DNA of 64,000 nucleotides from Escherichia coli 042 (GTDB lineage Bacteria; Pseudomonadota; Gammaproteobacteria; Enterobacterales; Enterobacteriaceae): NCBI RefSeq assembly GCF_000027125.1, contig NC_017626.1; one strand, 5' to 3'. Shown piece by piece: positions 1 to 9,637 of this stretch (position 1 is its first letter; each line of letters starts with the position of its first letter). The notes under the pieces were generated by a model. It saw only the letters and a program-made list of their open reading frames with translations, ran no database searches and was not told where the DNA came from. The position numbers and the translations under genes were made by a program.

Positions 1-1608
1 CACGAGCGTTTTCTGGCTGAGCAAACACGTATCACAGGTAAAAGCACCGATGCCAGTCTGTTACCGGCACAGGTGCTGACTATTACTGACAGTACTCCAC
101 CAGTGTTGCCTGCACCGTTACAGGAGCCGGTTCTGCTCACGCAGCTTCTGTTCACCGGTAGCCGGAAATCTGCGCTACAGGTGATGCTGAGTGCTGTTCC
201 TTACAGCGAGATTGTCTGCTGGCGACCACCGTTACTTACTCGTCCGAAAATCACCGGGACCATGACGGCCCGTGTGACCAGTGCAAAAGAAGGGGATATC
301 TACGCCTGGCAGGATGCTTCAGGCATGTACCGGGTGAAATTTGATGCTGACCGTGATGATAAAAATCCGGGACAGGAAAGTATGCCGGTACGTCTGGCCA
401 AACCCTACAGTGGTGATGCTTATGGTTTTCATTTTCCGCTGATTCAGGGAACGGAAGTGGCCATTGCTTTTGAGGAAGGTGATCCGGATCGTCCCTATAT
501 AGCGCATGCCCTGCATGATTCACGTCATGTTGATCACGTTACCGATAAGAACGGTACGCGCAATGTTATCCGTACGCCGGCAAATAACAAGTTGCGGATG
601 GAGGACAAACGCGGTGAGGAGCATATCAAGCTCAGTACCGAGTATGGCGGTAAGACACAACTTAATCTTGGCCATAACGTTGATGCCTCCCGGGAACTCA
701 GGGGAGAAGGCGCTGAGCTGAGGACTGATGACTGGATAAGTATCCGGGGAGGAAAAGGAATATTTATCAGTGCAGATATGCAGCCTCAGGCACAAGGAAA
801 GATGCTGGATATGGATGAAGCTATCCGCCAATTGGAGCAGGCATTATCTCTGGCCCGAAGTATGGCGAAGGCCGCAACTGCTGCAAATGCTACTCAGGGA
901 GATATAAGTTGTCAGCAACGGTTGAATGCATCACTAACAGATCTCACTGCGCCGGGAATGCTGTTGCATGCTCCTGATGGGATTGGCATGGTTAGTGCGC
1001 GGGCGTTACGAATTGCTTCAGGTAGTGAAAGCGTGGGCATAATGTCGGGAGATAACACTGATATTACTGCCGGGCAGTCATTTACAGTTGTAGCAGAAGG
1101 TGCTGTTAGCCTGTTGAGCAGAAACCAGGGGATGCAACTGTTAGCAGCAAAAGGGCGGGTAAATATTCAGGCTCAAAGTGACGATTTGTCAATGAGTTCC
1201 CAACAGAATCTTGATATTCAAAGTTCTGAGGGCAAAGTGACTGTTTCTGCTAATCAGGAACTGATACTGGCATGTGGTGGAGCTTATATCAAACTAAGCG
1301 GTGGAAATATTGAGCTGGGATGCCCGGGACAGATTCTGTTAAAAAGCACGAATATGCAGAAGATGGGACCAACAAGTCTTGATATTGCGTCTGTTGAAAT
1401 GCCGCGAGGGTTTGGGGGCGGTTTTATTCTTACCGATGAAGCGGGAGTGCCGCAACCTTCGACGCCTTATCGATTAACAACGGCTGAAGGTGATATTCTA
1501 CAGGGGATCACCGATGAAAATGGTAAAACAGCGCCAGTCAACACCTCCATTCCGTCAGTAGTAAAAGTTGAGTTTGGGAAGGTAAAAATTCATGGAGAAA
1601 CAGAATGA
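1..1608 (+). CDS. vgrG: VgrG spike protein, C-terminal portion (gene starts upstream of window)
   Basis: Frame 1 is open from base 1 (HERFLAEQTRITGKS...), so the first listed Met at 73 is internal. Long beta-helix-like Gly/Ser/Thr-rich repeats typical of VgrG C-terminal region. Stop overlaps the start of the next gene (ATGA at 1605-1608). Confidence 0.8.
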   Translation, partial: HERFLAEQTRITGKSTDASLLPAQVLTITDSTPPVLPAPLQEPVLLTQLLFTGSRKSALQVMLSAVPYSEIVCWRPPLLTRPKITGTMTARVTSAKEGDIYAWQDASGMYRVKFDADRDDKNPGQESMPVRLAKPYSGDAYGFHFPLIQGTEVAIAFEEGDPDRPYIAHALHDSRHVDHVTDKNGTRNVIRTPANNKLRMEDKRGEEHIKLSTEYGGKTQLNLGHNVDASRELRGEGAELRTDDWISIRGGKGIFISADMQPQAQGKMLDMDEAIRQLEQALSLARSMAKAATAANATQGDISCQQRLNASLTDLTAPGMLLHAPDGIGMVSARALRIASGSESVGIMSGDNTDITAGQSFTVVAEGAVSLLSRNQGMQLLAAKGRVNIQAQSDDLSMSSQQNLDIQSSEGKVTVSANQELILACGGAYIKLSGGNIELGCPGQILLKSTNMQKMGPTSLDIASVEMPRGFGGGFILTDEAGVPQPSTPYRLTTAEGDILQGITDENGKTAPVNTSIPSVVKVEFGKVKIHGETE

Positions 1609-3287
1609 CAAAATATCAGGGATATGACGTAACAGATGCCACCCATAAAACCAGTATTCATAATGACTGGAAAGTTGTTGTTGCAAAGAAAAAACCGGCG
1701 CGGGGTGTGACTTTAACTATTGGCATATTTTTCGATGGTACCGGAAACAATCGGGAGAATACAGCATCTCGCCTGATGAAATTTAATGAGTGTAGTGCAG
1801 CCAGACAGGGGGTAAATCAAAAAGATGCACAAAGCTGTGAGGACTTTCTTAAAGAAATTAACAAGAACAGTATCTCGAATGGCAGTTATCGTGGATATTA
1901 TTCCAATATTCACTGGCTTAATATACTCTATCATCCAGATCAGGTACTTAAAAAAGACCAGACGTCAGCTCAAATTAAGACTTACATTTCCGGGATAGGG
2001 ACTGCGGCTGGTGAAGCAGATTCAGTCATAGGCATGGGATTAGGCACCAGTATTCTGGATATATTTGAAGGTGTGGTGACGAAAACCGACGAGGCAATGG
2101 AACGAATCACCCAGGCGTTATCAGAATTTATGGGGTTCAATTTAAGTCCTGATTTTTGTATCGCAAAAATCCAGTTTGATGTTTTTGGTTTTAGCCGGGG
2201 AGCAGCGGCGGCAAGGCACTTTGCCAATCGGGTTATGGAACAGGATCCTGCTATAGCCAGAGCTATTGCTAAAGGGCTCAGAGGCGATTTTTATGATGGT
2301 AAACCTTCTGGTGAAGTACGTTTTCTGGGGCTTTTTGATACTGTCGCAGCTATTGGTGGAATCAGTAATTTCTTCGATATTAATGGACGTAGCAACCCGG
2401 GAGTAAAGCTGGAGTTGCGTCCTTCAGTCGCGAAGAAAGTTTTCCAGATTACTGCAATGAATGAATACCGATATAATTTCAGCCTGAACAGTATTAAAGG
2501 TATGTGGCCCGAACTGGCTTTACCGGGGGCGCATTCAGATATTGGAGGTGGTTACAATCCGGTAGGTTCACCTCTGCAGGAAAATGAAAGTCTGTTTCTG
2601 AGTTGCCCGGAATTTGAAATTGTCAGTGACGATACCAGAGAAATGGATACGCGAGTATACCGTAAAGCAGAGCAAGTCAGAAAAATGTTGATGACTCTGC
2701 CAGCCTTAAAACATATTTTGCCTCATGGAAAACTAACCACCAAAATTCGTTCCATAGGTGTGAACAACAGCAATCAACGTCGGGCTGGTGTGATACAAAA
2801 GCAGGTGGGAGCCGCAGTATTTTTTGAGCGTATGGCAGTACCTAATGACTGGGCTAATGTTTGCCTGCGTGTGATGCTGGATGCTGCTCAGGAAGCAGGG
2901 GTATTGTTTGAACCAATTCGACAAACAAATACTGAGTTACAACTTCCATCTGAACTAATATTTCTTGCTGACAAAGCCATTGCTCAGGGAAAAGCGGTAC
3001 GTTTGGGGCAAGAGCCTCAGGCTTTTACTGAGGAAGAGTTGTATATTATCGGAAAATACACCCATTGTTCCGCTAACTGGAATATTGAGTCTGATGGTAA
3101 TTTATGGGTGGATCCTACAACGGGAGAGATTTTTATCCATCGCTTTGGTCCTAAAGGTAATAAGGCGTTCGTTTTTCCGAATAAACCAAATGATCGCTGG
3201 ATTCGTTCTGTATGGTACATGGATGATCAGCAGCGATTGAATGATAACGCAGTAAAAAATACTAAAGTTATGATGTCTGGTGTTTAA
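1605..3287 (+). CDS. tle1: T6SS phospholipase effector, DUF2235 / Tle1 family
   Basis: 560 aa; N-terminal GIFFDGTGNN block and GFSRG (GxSxG) serine-hydrolase motif characteristic of DUF2235 Tle1 effectors; sits directly after vgrG and before lipoprotein immunity genes. Confidence 0.75.
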   Translation: MTKYQGYDVTDATHKTSIHNDWKVVVAKKKPARGVTLTIGIFFDGTGNNRENTASRLMKFNECSAARQGVNQKDAQSCEDFLKEINKNSISNGSYRGYYSNIHWLNILYHPDQVLKKDQTSAQIKTYISGIGTAAGEADSVIGMGLGTSILDIFEGVVTKTDEAMERITQALSEFMGFNLSPDFCIAKIQFDVFGFSRGAAAARHFANRVMEQDPAIARAIAKGLRGDFYDGKPSGEVRFLGLFDTVAAIGGISNFFDINGRSNPGVKLELRPSVAKKVFQITAMNEYRYNFSLNSIKGMWPELALPGAHSDIGGGYNPVGSPLQENESLFLSCPEFEIVSDDTREMDTRVYRKAEQVRKMLMTLPALKHILPHGKLTTKIRSIGVNNSNQRRAGVIQKQVGAAVFFERMAVPNDWANVCLRVMLDAAQEAGVLFEPIRQTNTELQLPSELIFLADKAIAQGKAVRLGQEPQAFTEEELYIIGKYTHCSANWNIESDGNLWVDPTTGEIFIHRFGPKGNKAFVFPNKPNDRWIRSVWYMDDQQRLNDNAVKNTKVMMSGV

Positions 3288-3306
3288 CGCTACAGGATGA
3301 CAATAC

Positions 3307-3984
3307 ATGACCAGAGATAAAATCATTTTTATCGCACCATTATTGGCATTGTTAACTGGGTGTAATTCGGTTAGCTCACGGTATGCTGATTTGGATAAGA
3401 CTGAATGGGGTTATAAAAAATTACCCTATGATGAATGGAAATTTCTCTTTATTTATCCAAAGGCTCTGCCTGCGCTGGCCACCCAGGCGTTGATGGTGGA
3501 CGGGGAAGGTTATAAGACGACTTATCAGTATCTTGATAATACCGAGCCGAGTCAGGTCAGTGTAGGGCGCTGGAATGACCATCTGGGCGCGACTGAGTCG
3601 TATTATAACAAGGGGAAAGCATTACCCCTGATGTTGCGTTTTTGCTGGGATTCAATAATTGATAAAAAGAGTTATGAAACTCTGATTTTTTTTAAAAAAG
3701 GGACCTGGGAGCAGATGGTTACGCCTTACGCAGACAACCGCTGGAACGAAACCTATTATCGTTCAACGATGATTATTGGTCTGGCTCCTGAAGGGAAGGT
3801 AAGAGTCTGGCTGGGAGATCGCGGTAATCCGGTGGTACCTCAGTTGGATGCTAAAATTACTACAGTATCGGGTGATAAAATGAAGATGTGTAAGGGGGTT
3901 ACTAAAAGTGATTTCTCATATGGATATGATGAAGATATTAAGGAGTTTATCAGAGATAAAACTTATCCTTACGGTAACTGGTGA
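3307..3984 (+). CDS. Tli-type lipoprotein immunity protein, copy 1
   Basis: 225 aa; signal peptide with lipobox LLTGC; directly downstream of the Tle1-like effector; tandem paralog at 4128-4805. Confidence 0.6.
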   Translation: MTRDKIIFIAPLLALLTGCNSVSSRYADLDKTEWGYKKLPYDEWKFLFIYPKALPALATQALMVDGEGYKTTYQYLDNTEPSQVSVGRWNDHLGATESYYNKGKALPLMLRFCWDSIIDKKSYETLIFFKKGTWEQMVTPYADNRWNETYYRSTMIIGLAPEGKVRVWLGDRGNPVVPQLDAKITTVSGDKMKMCKGVTKSDFSYGYDEDIKEFIRDKTYPYGNW

Positions 3985-4127
3985 CTCAAACCAGAATAAT
4001 GATGAGCATATAAAAAGAAAATCTAATTTTCATCTGGCGTAAAAAAACGGGCAATAGCTGAATGATAACGCAGTAAAAAATACTAAAGTTATGATGTCTG
4101 GTGTTTAACGCTACAGGATGACAATAC

Positions 4128-4805
4128 ATGACCAGAGATAAAATCATTTTTATCGCACCATTATTGGCATTGTTAACTGGGTGTAATTCGGTTAGCTCAC
4201 GGTATGCTGATTTGGATAAGACTGAATGGGGTTATAAAAAATTACCCTATGATGAATGGAAATTTCTCTTTATTTATCCAAAGGCTCTGCCTGCGCTGGC
4301 CACCCAGGCGTTGATGGTGGACGGGGAAGGTTATAAGACGACTTATCAGTATCTTGATAATACCGAGCCGAGTCAGGTCAGTGTAGGGCGCTGGAATGAC
4401 CATCTGGGCGCGACTGAGTCGTATTATAACAAGGGGAAAGCATTACCCCTGATGTTGCGTTTTTGCTGGGATTCAATAATTGATAAAAAGAGTTATGAAA
4501 CTCTGATTTTTTTTAAAAAAGGGACCTGGGAGCAGATGGTTACGCCTTACGCAGACAACCGCTGGAACGAAACCTATTATCGTTCAACGATGATTATTGG
4601 TCTGGCTCCTGAAGGGAAGGTAAGAGTCTGGCTGGGAGATCGCGGTAATCCGGTGGTACCTCAGTTGGATGCTAAAATTACTACAGTATCGGGTGATAAA
4701 ATGAAGATGTGTAAGGGGGTTACTAAACATCCAGATGGATATGTTTATTACGGTGATACACCAGATTTTATCAAAGGGAAAATTTATCCCTACGGCAACT
4801 GGTGA
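4128..4805 (+). CDS. Tli-type lipoprotein immunity protein, copy 2 (divergent C-terminus)
   Basis: 225 aa; identical to copy 1 for the first ~203 residues, then a different C-terminal ~22 residues; same lipobox. Confidence 0.6.
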   Translation: MTRDKIIFIAPLLALLTGCNSVSSRYADLDKTEWGYKKLPYDEWKFLFIYPKALPALATQALMVDGEGYKTTYQYLDNTEPSQVSVGRWNDHLGATESYYNKGKALPLMLRFCWDSIIDKKSYETLIFFKKGTWEQMVTPYADNRWNETYYRSTMIIGLAPEGKVRVWLGDRGNPVVPQLDAKITTVSGDKMKMCKGVTKHPDGYVYYGDTPDFIKGKIYPYGNW

Positions 4806-4836
4806 CTCAAAGTGAAAATTTATTTTTGAGAGTATT

Positions 4837-5103
4837 ATGTCTAAAGGTTTTGTATTGCTTGGTGATAATACCACACATGGTGGTAAAGTTATTTCTGCAT
4901 CTTCAACCATGATTGTCGATGGTAAAAAAGTAGCTCTTGTTGGAGATATGGTTAGTTGCCCTGTTTCCGGACATGGTACCAATCCTATTGTGGAGGGCTC
5001 TCCTGAATGGATATCTGATGGAAGAGCTGTTGTGATTGATGGATGTAAATGTCTGTGTGGGTGTAAGGTTATATCCAGTGCACCGGAATGTGCAATAGGA
5101 TAA
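4837..5103 (+). CDS. PAAR-like spike tip protein
   Basis: 88 aa, small Cys/Gly/His-rich protein (VGDMVSCPVSGHG, CKCLCGC) in the vgrG-effector-immunity neighbourhood. Confidence 0.6.
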   Translation: MSKGFVLLGDNTTHGGKVISASSTMIVDGKKVALVGDMVSCPVSGHGTNPIVEGSPEWISDGRAVVIDGCKCLCGCKVISSAPECAIG

Positions 5104-5106
5104 AAC

Positions 5107-6255
5107 ATGGGATGGAGCAGAACAAAATCATTATCAACAGAATTACCTCATAAACCATCAATGATGTTGTGGTTTATGACAGGGGCATTTATGGCTGTTG
5201 TTGGTGCTCTGTTGTTTATTATCCGGGCATCAGAATATGTGAAAGCATTAAATAATTTCAGTATCTGGTGGCTTGCATTGACTCCTCCGGGGTGCTGGTT
5301 TTTCCTGTTTTGCCTGCGACACTGGCAGTGGAGCAACCAGATGGATGAACATTTGTTTCTTAAAAAAGAGGGGGAGTATGCTCAGAAACAGTGGGAATCC
5401 TGGGCCGAAAGGTATCTTGTTATTACTGCCAGTTGTGTTTATTTGCCTGATAAAATAACGGTAGCTACTCTTTGTGATGAATTGCCTCTGCAGTACGGCC
5501 TTGTAAAGAAAATAGATTATCTTTCTGACAGTGGGCATAAGGTTGAAGCCTCTTTACGTGTCTTGCTTAGGGAGATAACGGATAAATTTTGTCAGTTACC
5601 TGCCGCTCTCCCTGTAAATGTGACGCTGATAACCGATCAGCCTGATTCTGAAATCAGATCTGCTTTTGTTTCTGCATGGGAAGCGTTATTTCCCCAACGC
5701 GTCGTTCCTGACAATATCGAGGTTACTCCTGACTTTTCCATGGGGTGGGTTGATGAGCGTCTGAAACAACCAGTGCTGACTGTGGATTTGATACTGGTAA
5801 TACAGCTTAATGGGGGAAATACATACTCTGACGGACTGGCTGCACTTTTGTTGACCAGCGATGATGTTGCGCAAAAATATAATCTGTCGCATTCAGCCCG
5901 TCTGCTACGCCCGATGTCGCTGGATATCAACAAGTTTAATGATGAATTCACACTTTTCCTTGAAACCCAGACAGCAGCCTGTCGTACCGCTCGTGTACTG
6001 GGAGACTGTTATCACTGGGAAAAGATTGCTGCACCGCTGATGACTATTGGAAACCAGTATGGTGCCGGATGGGAACCGTCCGGACGTATGTTACTGGAAA
6101 AATGGTGCGGTATCCCGGGACCTGCTGCTCCGTGGCTGCTTACTGCTCTGGCAGCCGATCTGGTCTGTCTTGGTAATGATTCTCTCCTGACTTTATTCTC
6201 ATCCGGAGAAGAACATTTTATCAGTACTGTTACATCAGGAAACCAGAATGAATAA
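5107..6255 (+). CDS. Hypothetical T6SS-associated inner-membrane protein
   Basis: 382 aa; two N-terminal hydrophobic helices then a ~300 aa soluble domain; stop overlaps tssM start; no motif I can assign. Confidence 0.5.
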   Translation: MGWSRTKSLSTELPHKPSMMLWFMTGAFMAVVGALLFIIRASEYVKALNNFSIWWLALTPPGCWFFLFCLRHWQWSNQMDEHLFLKKEGEYAQKQWESWAERYLVITASCVYLPDKITVATLCDELPLQYGLVKKIDYLSDSGHKVEASLRVLLREITDKFCQLPAALPVNVTLITDQPDSEIRSAFVSAWEALFPQRVVPDNIEVTPDFSMGWVDERLKQPVLTVDLILVIQLNGGNTYSDGLAALLLTSDDVAQKYNLSHSARLLRPMSLDINKFNDEFTLFLETQTAACRTARVLGDCYHWEKIAAPLMTIGNQYGAGWEPSGRMLLEKWCGIPGPAAPWLLTALAADLVCLGNDSLLTLFSSGEEHFISTVTSGNQNE

Positions 6256-9200
6256 ACTGGCCTGTCTGTCTGGTCGCTTTGGGCGACCGGGGATTGTATT
6301 TATTGGTGTGGCTGCGCTCTGGTGGCTGATAACCCGATATGGAGCATATCTGGGGGCAGAAACACGCCGGGATCAAATACTACTGCTGATATTGCTGAGT
6401 CTGGGGGTGCTCTTTGTCTGTTACCTGCCTGTGATGAAAAAATATGTTCAGGAACTGACATATCGACGCAGGGCCCGTAAGGAGCAAAGGTTACCTGACG
6501 ATGAAGAGCGATTGGCTCAGACGCCACCGCGCTATGTTACTGTTCAGGATATTCGTCATACTCTGCGGCGCCAGTATGGCAGATTCTGGGGACGTAAGAT
6601 ACGCATTCTGTTGATAACAGGTACCGCCTCTGAGGTTGAGTTGTTGACCCCGGGCCTGACAGAACAGTTCTGGCAGGAAGAGCAGGGGACATTGCTTCTC
6701 TGGGGAGGAGACCCCTCGCAGCCGGAAAACGCAGACTGGCTGGCTGCGTTACGCCGTCTGCGTTACCGGCCTGCTGATGGCATTGTCTGGGTAACTTCCG
6801 GACTGAGTGAAACATTATCCGCACCACTGACAGAAGATGCCCTGGACAGGGTTTCCCGTGCGGTCAGTTCATGTTGTGAGCGCCTTGGCTGGCGTCTGCC
6901 GCTGTATGTCTGGTCACTGCAGGAGAGTCCGGATGAGCGAGGGCGTATTACTCAGCCCGTGGGATGCCTTCTGCCAGCAGAATGTAGTTCTGACAAACTG
7001 AAAGCACAACTACAGGCCATGCTCCCCGGGCTTGTTGCTCAGGGGATACAGCAGATATGCTGTGCCCCTCGGTATTATTTTTTGTTGTCGCTGGCAGAGC
7101 GATTCAGACGAAATATTGATGCTGTGGTGGAGCCATTATCCGTATTACTCCGTCCATACCGTCAGTTGTTGCTGGCGGGTATTGTTTTCAGTCCGGCAAC
7201 TGTCGGCGGTGAACGAAGTGTCAGACATCGCTGGCGAATGGATAACCGCTGGGAGGCGTTGCCGGAGACAGTGCAGCAATTACCTGTCCGGCTACAGCCT
7301 TCCCGCACAGGTCATAACTGGCGCAGAAGTCTGGCCGTTATGGCGGCCATACTGATGATGGCTCAGGGAACAGGAATGGTGGTTTCCTTTCTGGCAAACC
7401 GGAGTCTGGTTGCTGAAGTACAGGAACAGATTCGTCCGGCTCAGAACCAGCAACTGTCTCCTGCAGAACGTCTGCAGGCGTTGCTGAATCTGCAGAAATC
7501 CCTGGCCCGCCTTCAGTACCGGGAGGAGCACGGGGCGCCATGGTACCTGCGGGCCGGTATGAATCAGAATGCAGACCTGCTCGCGGTCGTAATGCCCCTT
7601 TATGCACAAAATGCACATCTTTTACTGCGTGATGCCGCTGCTGCTCATCTTGAGCAGCAGCTCAGGACATTTATTCGTCTTCCTCCGGACAGCCCGCAGC
7701 GGGGGAAAATGGCAAAAGCCGCATATGACCAGCTCAGACTGTATCTGATGCTGGCGCAACCGCAACATATGGAGCCCGCCTGGTTCAGTCGTACGCTCAT
7801 GCGGGAATGGCCACAGCGTGACGGTGTGAGTGCCGTTTTCTGGCAGGCTAATGGCCCGACGTTGCTGGCGTATTATGCCTCCGGGATTATTACTCATCCT
7901 CAGTGGAAGCTGACGGCTGATGAAGAGCTGGTCAGCCAGAGCAGAACTCTGCTGCTTCGCCATCTGGGAACACAGAACAGCGATGCCATGCTGTATCAGA
8001 AAATGCTGGCACGGGTGGCACATCAGTTTGCGGATATGCGTCTGACGGATATGACCGGTGATACTGATGTCTCCCGCCTCTTTTTTACGGATGAAGTGGT
8101 TCCCGGTATGTTTACCCGCCAGGCCTGGGAAGAGGCCGTATTGCCGTCGATAGACACCGTGATTAATGAGCGTCGTGAAGAAATGGACTGGGTACTGACG
8201 GATGGCAGGCAGAAGGCACCGTCACCGGTATCGCCGGAAGCACTCAGACAGCGCCTGACAACGCGCTATTTTGCTGATTTTGGTAATGCCTGGCTGAATT
8301 TTCTGAACAGTCTGCACTTGCGTAAAGCTCAGACGCTGTCTGATGTGACAGAGCAACTGACGCTTATGGCTGATGTGCGCCAGTCCCCCCTGGTTGCTCT
8401 GATGAATACGCTGGCGGTTCAGGGGTGTACTGGCCAGCCCCGGGAAGCGGTTACTGATTCACTGGTTAAATCTGCCAGAAACCTGCTTTCACAGGAAAAA
8501 CAGCCAGTGGCAGTACCGGAAAGCCGGCTTCACGGTCCTCTGGCGACGACTTTCGGGCCGGTGCTTGCACTGATGGATAATCAGAACAACAGTGCGGATA
8601 TGCTGAATCTGCAGACATATCTGACCCGGGTGACACAGGTTCGTCTGCGTCTGCAACAGATTGCCGGCTCTTCTGACCCGCAGGCCATGATGCAGTTGCT
8701 GGCACAGACAGTATTGCAGGGGAAATCGGTTGATTTAACCGATACCCGGGATTACGGCAGCCTGACCGCTGCCGGACTCGGACAGGAGTGGTATGGCTTC
8801 GGACAGACGGTCTTTGTTCGCCCGATGGAGCAGGCGTGGCAGCAGGTTCTTACGCCCGCGGCAGAAAGTCTGAATGCCCGGTGGCGTACTGCGGTGGTGG
8901 ATGGCTGGAATAATGCATTTTCCGGGCGTTATCCGTTTAAAAATGTCAGCAGCGATGCTTCGCTTCCCCTGCTGGCAAAATACCTGAATACGGACACGGG
9001 ACGTATTGCCCGTTTCCTGCAGAATAACCTGAGTGGTGTGTTGCACAGGGAAGGCAGTCGCTGGGTACCTGATACCATTAATACCCGGGGACTGACATTC
9101 AACCCTGCGTTTCTGAAAGCCATCAATACCCTGAGTGAAATAGCGGATGTGGCGTTCACCACAGGTAACGCGGGGCTGCATTTTGAGCTGCGCCCGGGAA

Positions 9201-9637
9201 CTGCTGCCGGTGTGATGCAGACGACGCTGATAACCGATAATCAGAAACTGATTTATGTTAATCAGATGCCGGTATGGAAGCGATTTACCTGGCCGGCTGA
9301 TACGGAAGCACCTGGCGCCAGTTTAAGCTGGGTAAGCACTCAGGCCGGTACCCGTCAGTATGCAGACCTGCCGGGAAGCTGGGGGCTGATACGTCTGCTT
9401 GAGATGGCCCGACGGAAAGCCGCACCGGGCGTTGCCAGTGGCTGGAGCCTGAGCTGGCAGGCGCAGGACGGTCGTATGCTGAATTACACACTGCGAACTG
9501 AAGCGGGGGAAGGGCCGCTTGTATTGCTGAAACTCCGCAATTTTGTTCTGCCGGAAACGGTTTTCGAACTCTCCGGCACGTCAGCGTTTACAGGCAATGA
9601 CGAAGATGCCGGGGATACCGTGGAGGAGACTGACTGA
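6248..9637 (+). CDS. tssM: TssM (IcmF family) membrane complex subunit
   Basis: 1129 aa; N-terminal TM helices, large periplasmic domain, position immediately before tssA; P-loop position reads ITGTASEV rather than a canonical GxxxxGK[ST]. Confidence 0.85.
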   Translation: MNKLACLSGRFGRPGIVFIGVAALWWLITRYGAYLGAETRRDQILLLILLSLGVLFVCYLPVMKKYVQELTYRRRARKEQRLPDDEERLAQTPPRYVTVQDIRHTLRRQYGRFWGRKIRILLITGTASEVELLTPGLTEQFWQEEQGTLLLWGGDPSQPENADWLAALRRLRYRPADGIVWVTSGLSETLSAPLTEDALDRVSRAVSSCCERLGWRLPLYVWSLQESPDERGRITQPVGCLLPAECSSDKLKAQLQAMLPGLVAQGIQQICCAPRYYFLLSLAERFRRNIDAVVEPLSVLLRPYRQLLLAGIVFSPATVGGERSVRHRWRMDNRWEALPETVQQLPVRLQPSRTGHNWRRSLAVMAAILMMAQGTGMVVSFLANRSLVAEVQEQIRPAQNQQLSPAERLQALLNLQKSLARLQYREEHGAPWYLRAGMNQNADLLAVVMPLYAQNAHLLLRDAAAAHLEQQLRTFIRLPPDSPQRGKMAKAAYDQLRLYLMLAQPQHMEPAWFSRTLMREWPQRDGVSAVFWQANGPTLLAYYASGIITHPQWKLTADEELVSQSRTLLLRHLGTQNSDAMLYQKMLARVAHQFADMRLTDMTGDTDVSRLFFTDEVVPGMFTRQAWEEAVLPSIDTVINERREEMDWVLTDGRQKAPSPVSPEALRQRLTTRYFADFGNAWLNFLNSLHLRKAQTLSDVTEQLTLMADVRQSPLVALMNTLAVQGCTGQPREAVTDSLVKSARNLLSQEKQPVAVPESRLHGPLATTFGPVLALMDNQNNSADMLNLQTYLTRVTQVRLRLQQIAGSSDPQAMMQLLAQTVLQGKSVDLTDTRDYGSLTAAGLGQEWYGFGQTVFVRPMEQAWQQVLTPAAESLNARWRTAVVDGWNNAFSGRYPFKNVSSDASLPLLAKYLNTDTGRIARFLQNNLSGVLHREGSRWVPDTINTRGLTFNPAFLKAINTLSEIADVAFTTGNAGLHFELRPGTAAGVMQTTLITDNQKLIYVNQMPVWKRFTWPADTEAPGASLSWVSTQAGTRQYADLPGSWGLIRLLEMARRKAAPGVASGWSLSWQAQDGRMLNYTLRTEAGEGPLVLLKLRNFVLPETVFELSGTSAFTGNDEDAGDTVEETD

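Noticed and set aside
251-831. Minus-strand and alternative-frame ORFs (251-523, 319-516, 520-831, 506-721) inside the vgrG 3' region
   Set aside because: Fully embedded in the long, motif-supported vgrG frame; typical spurious antisense ORFs in GC-rich coding DNA. The same reasoning applies to the many 60-190 aa antisense ORFs listed within the tssM, tssA, tssF, ibrA, clpV, IS66 tnpC and autotransporter genes.
5107-6255. Possible TagL (peptidoglycan-binding) or TagF identity for the membrane protein upstream of tssM
   Set aside because: No OmpA-like peptidoglycan-binding motif seen, and the size and two-TM N-terminus do not fit TagF; left as unknown.
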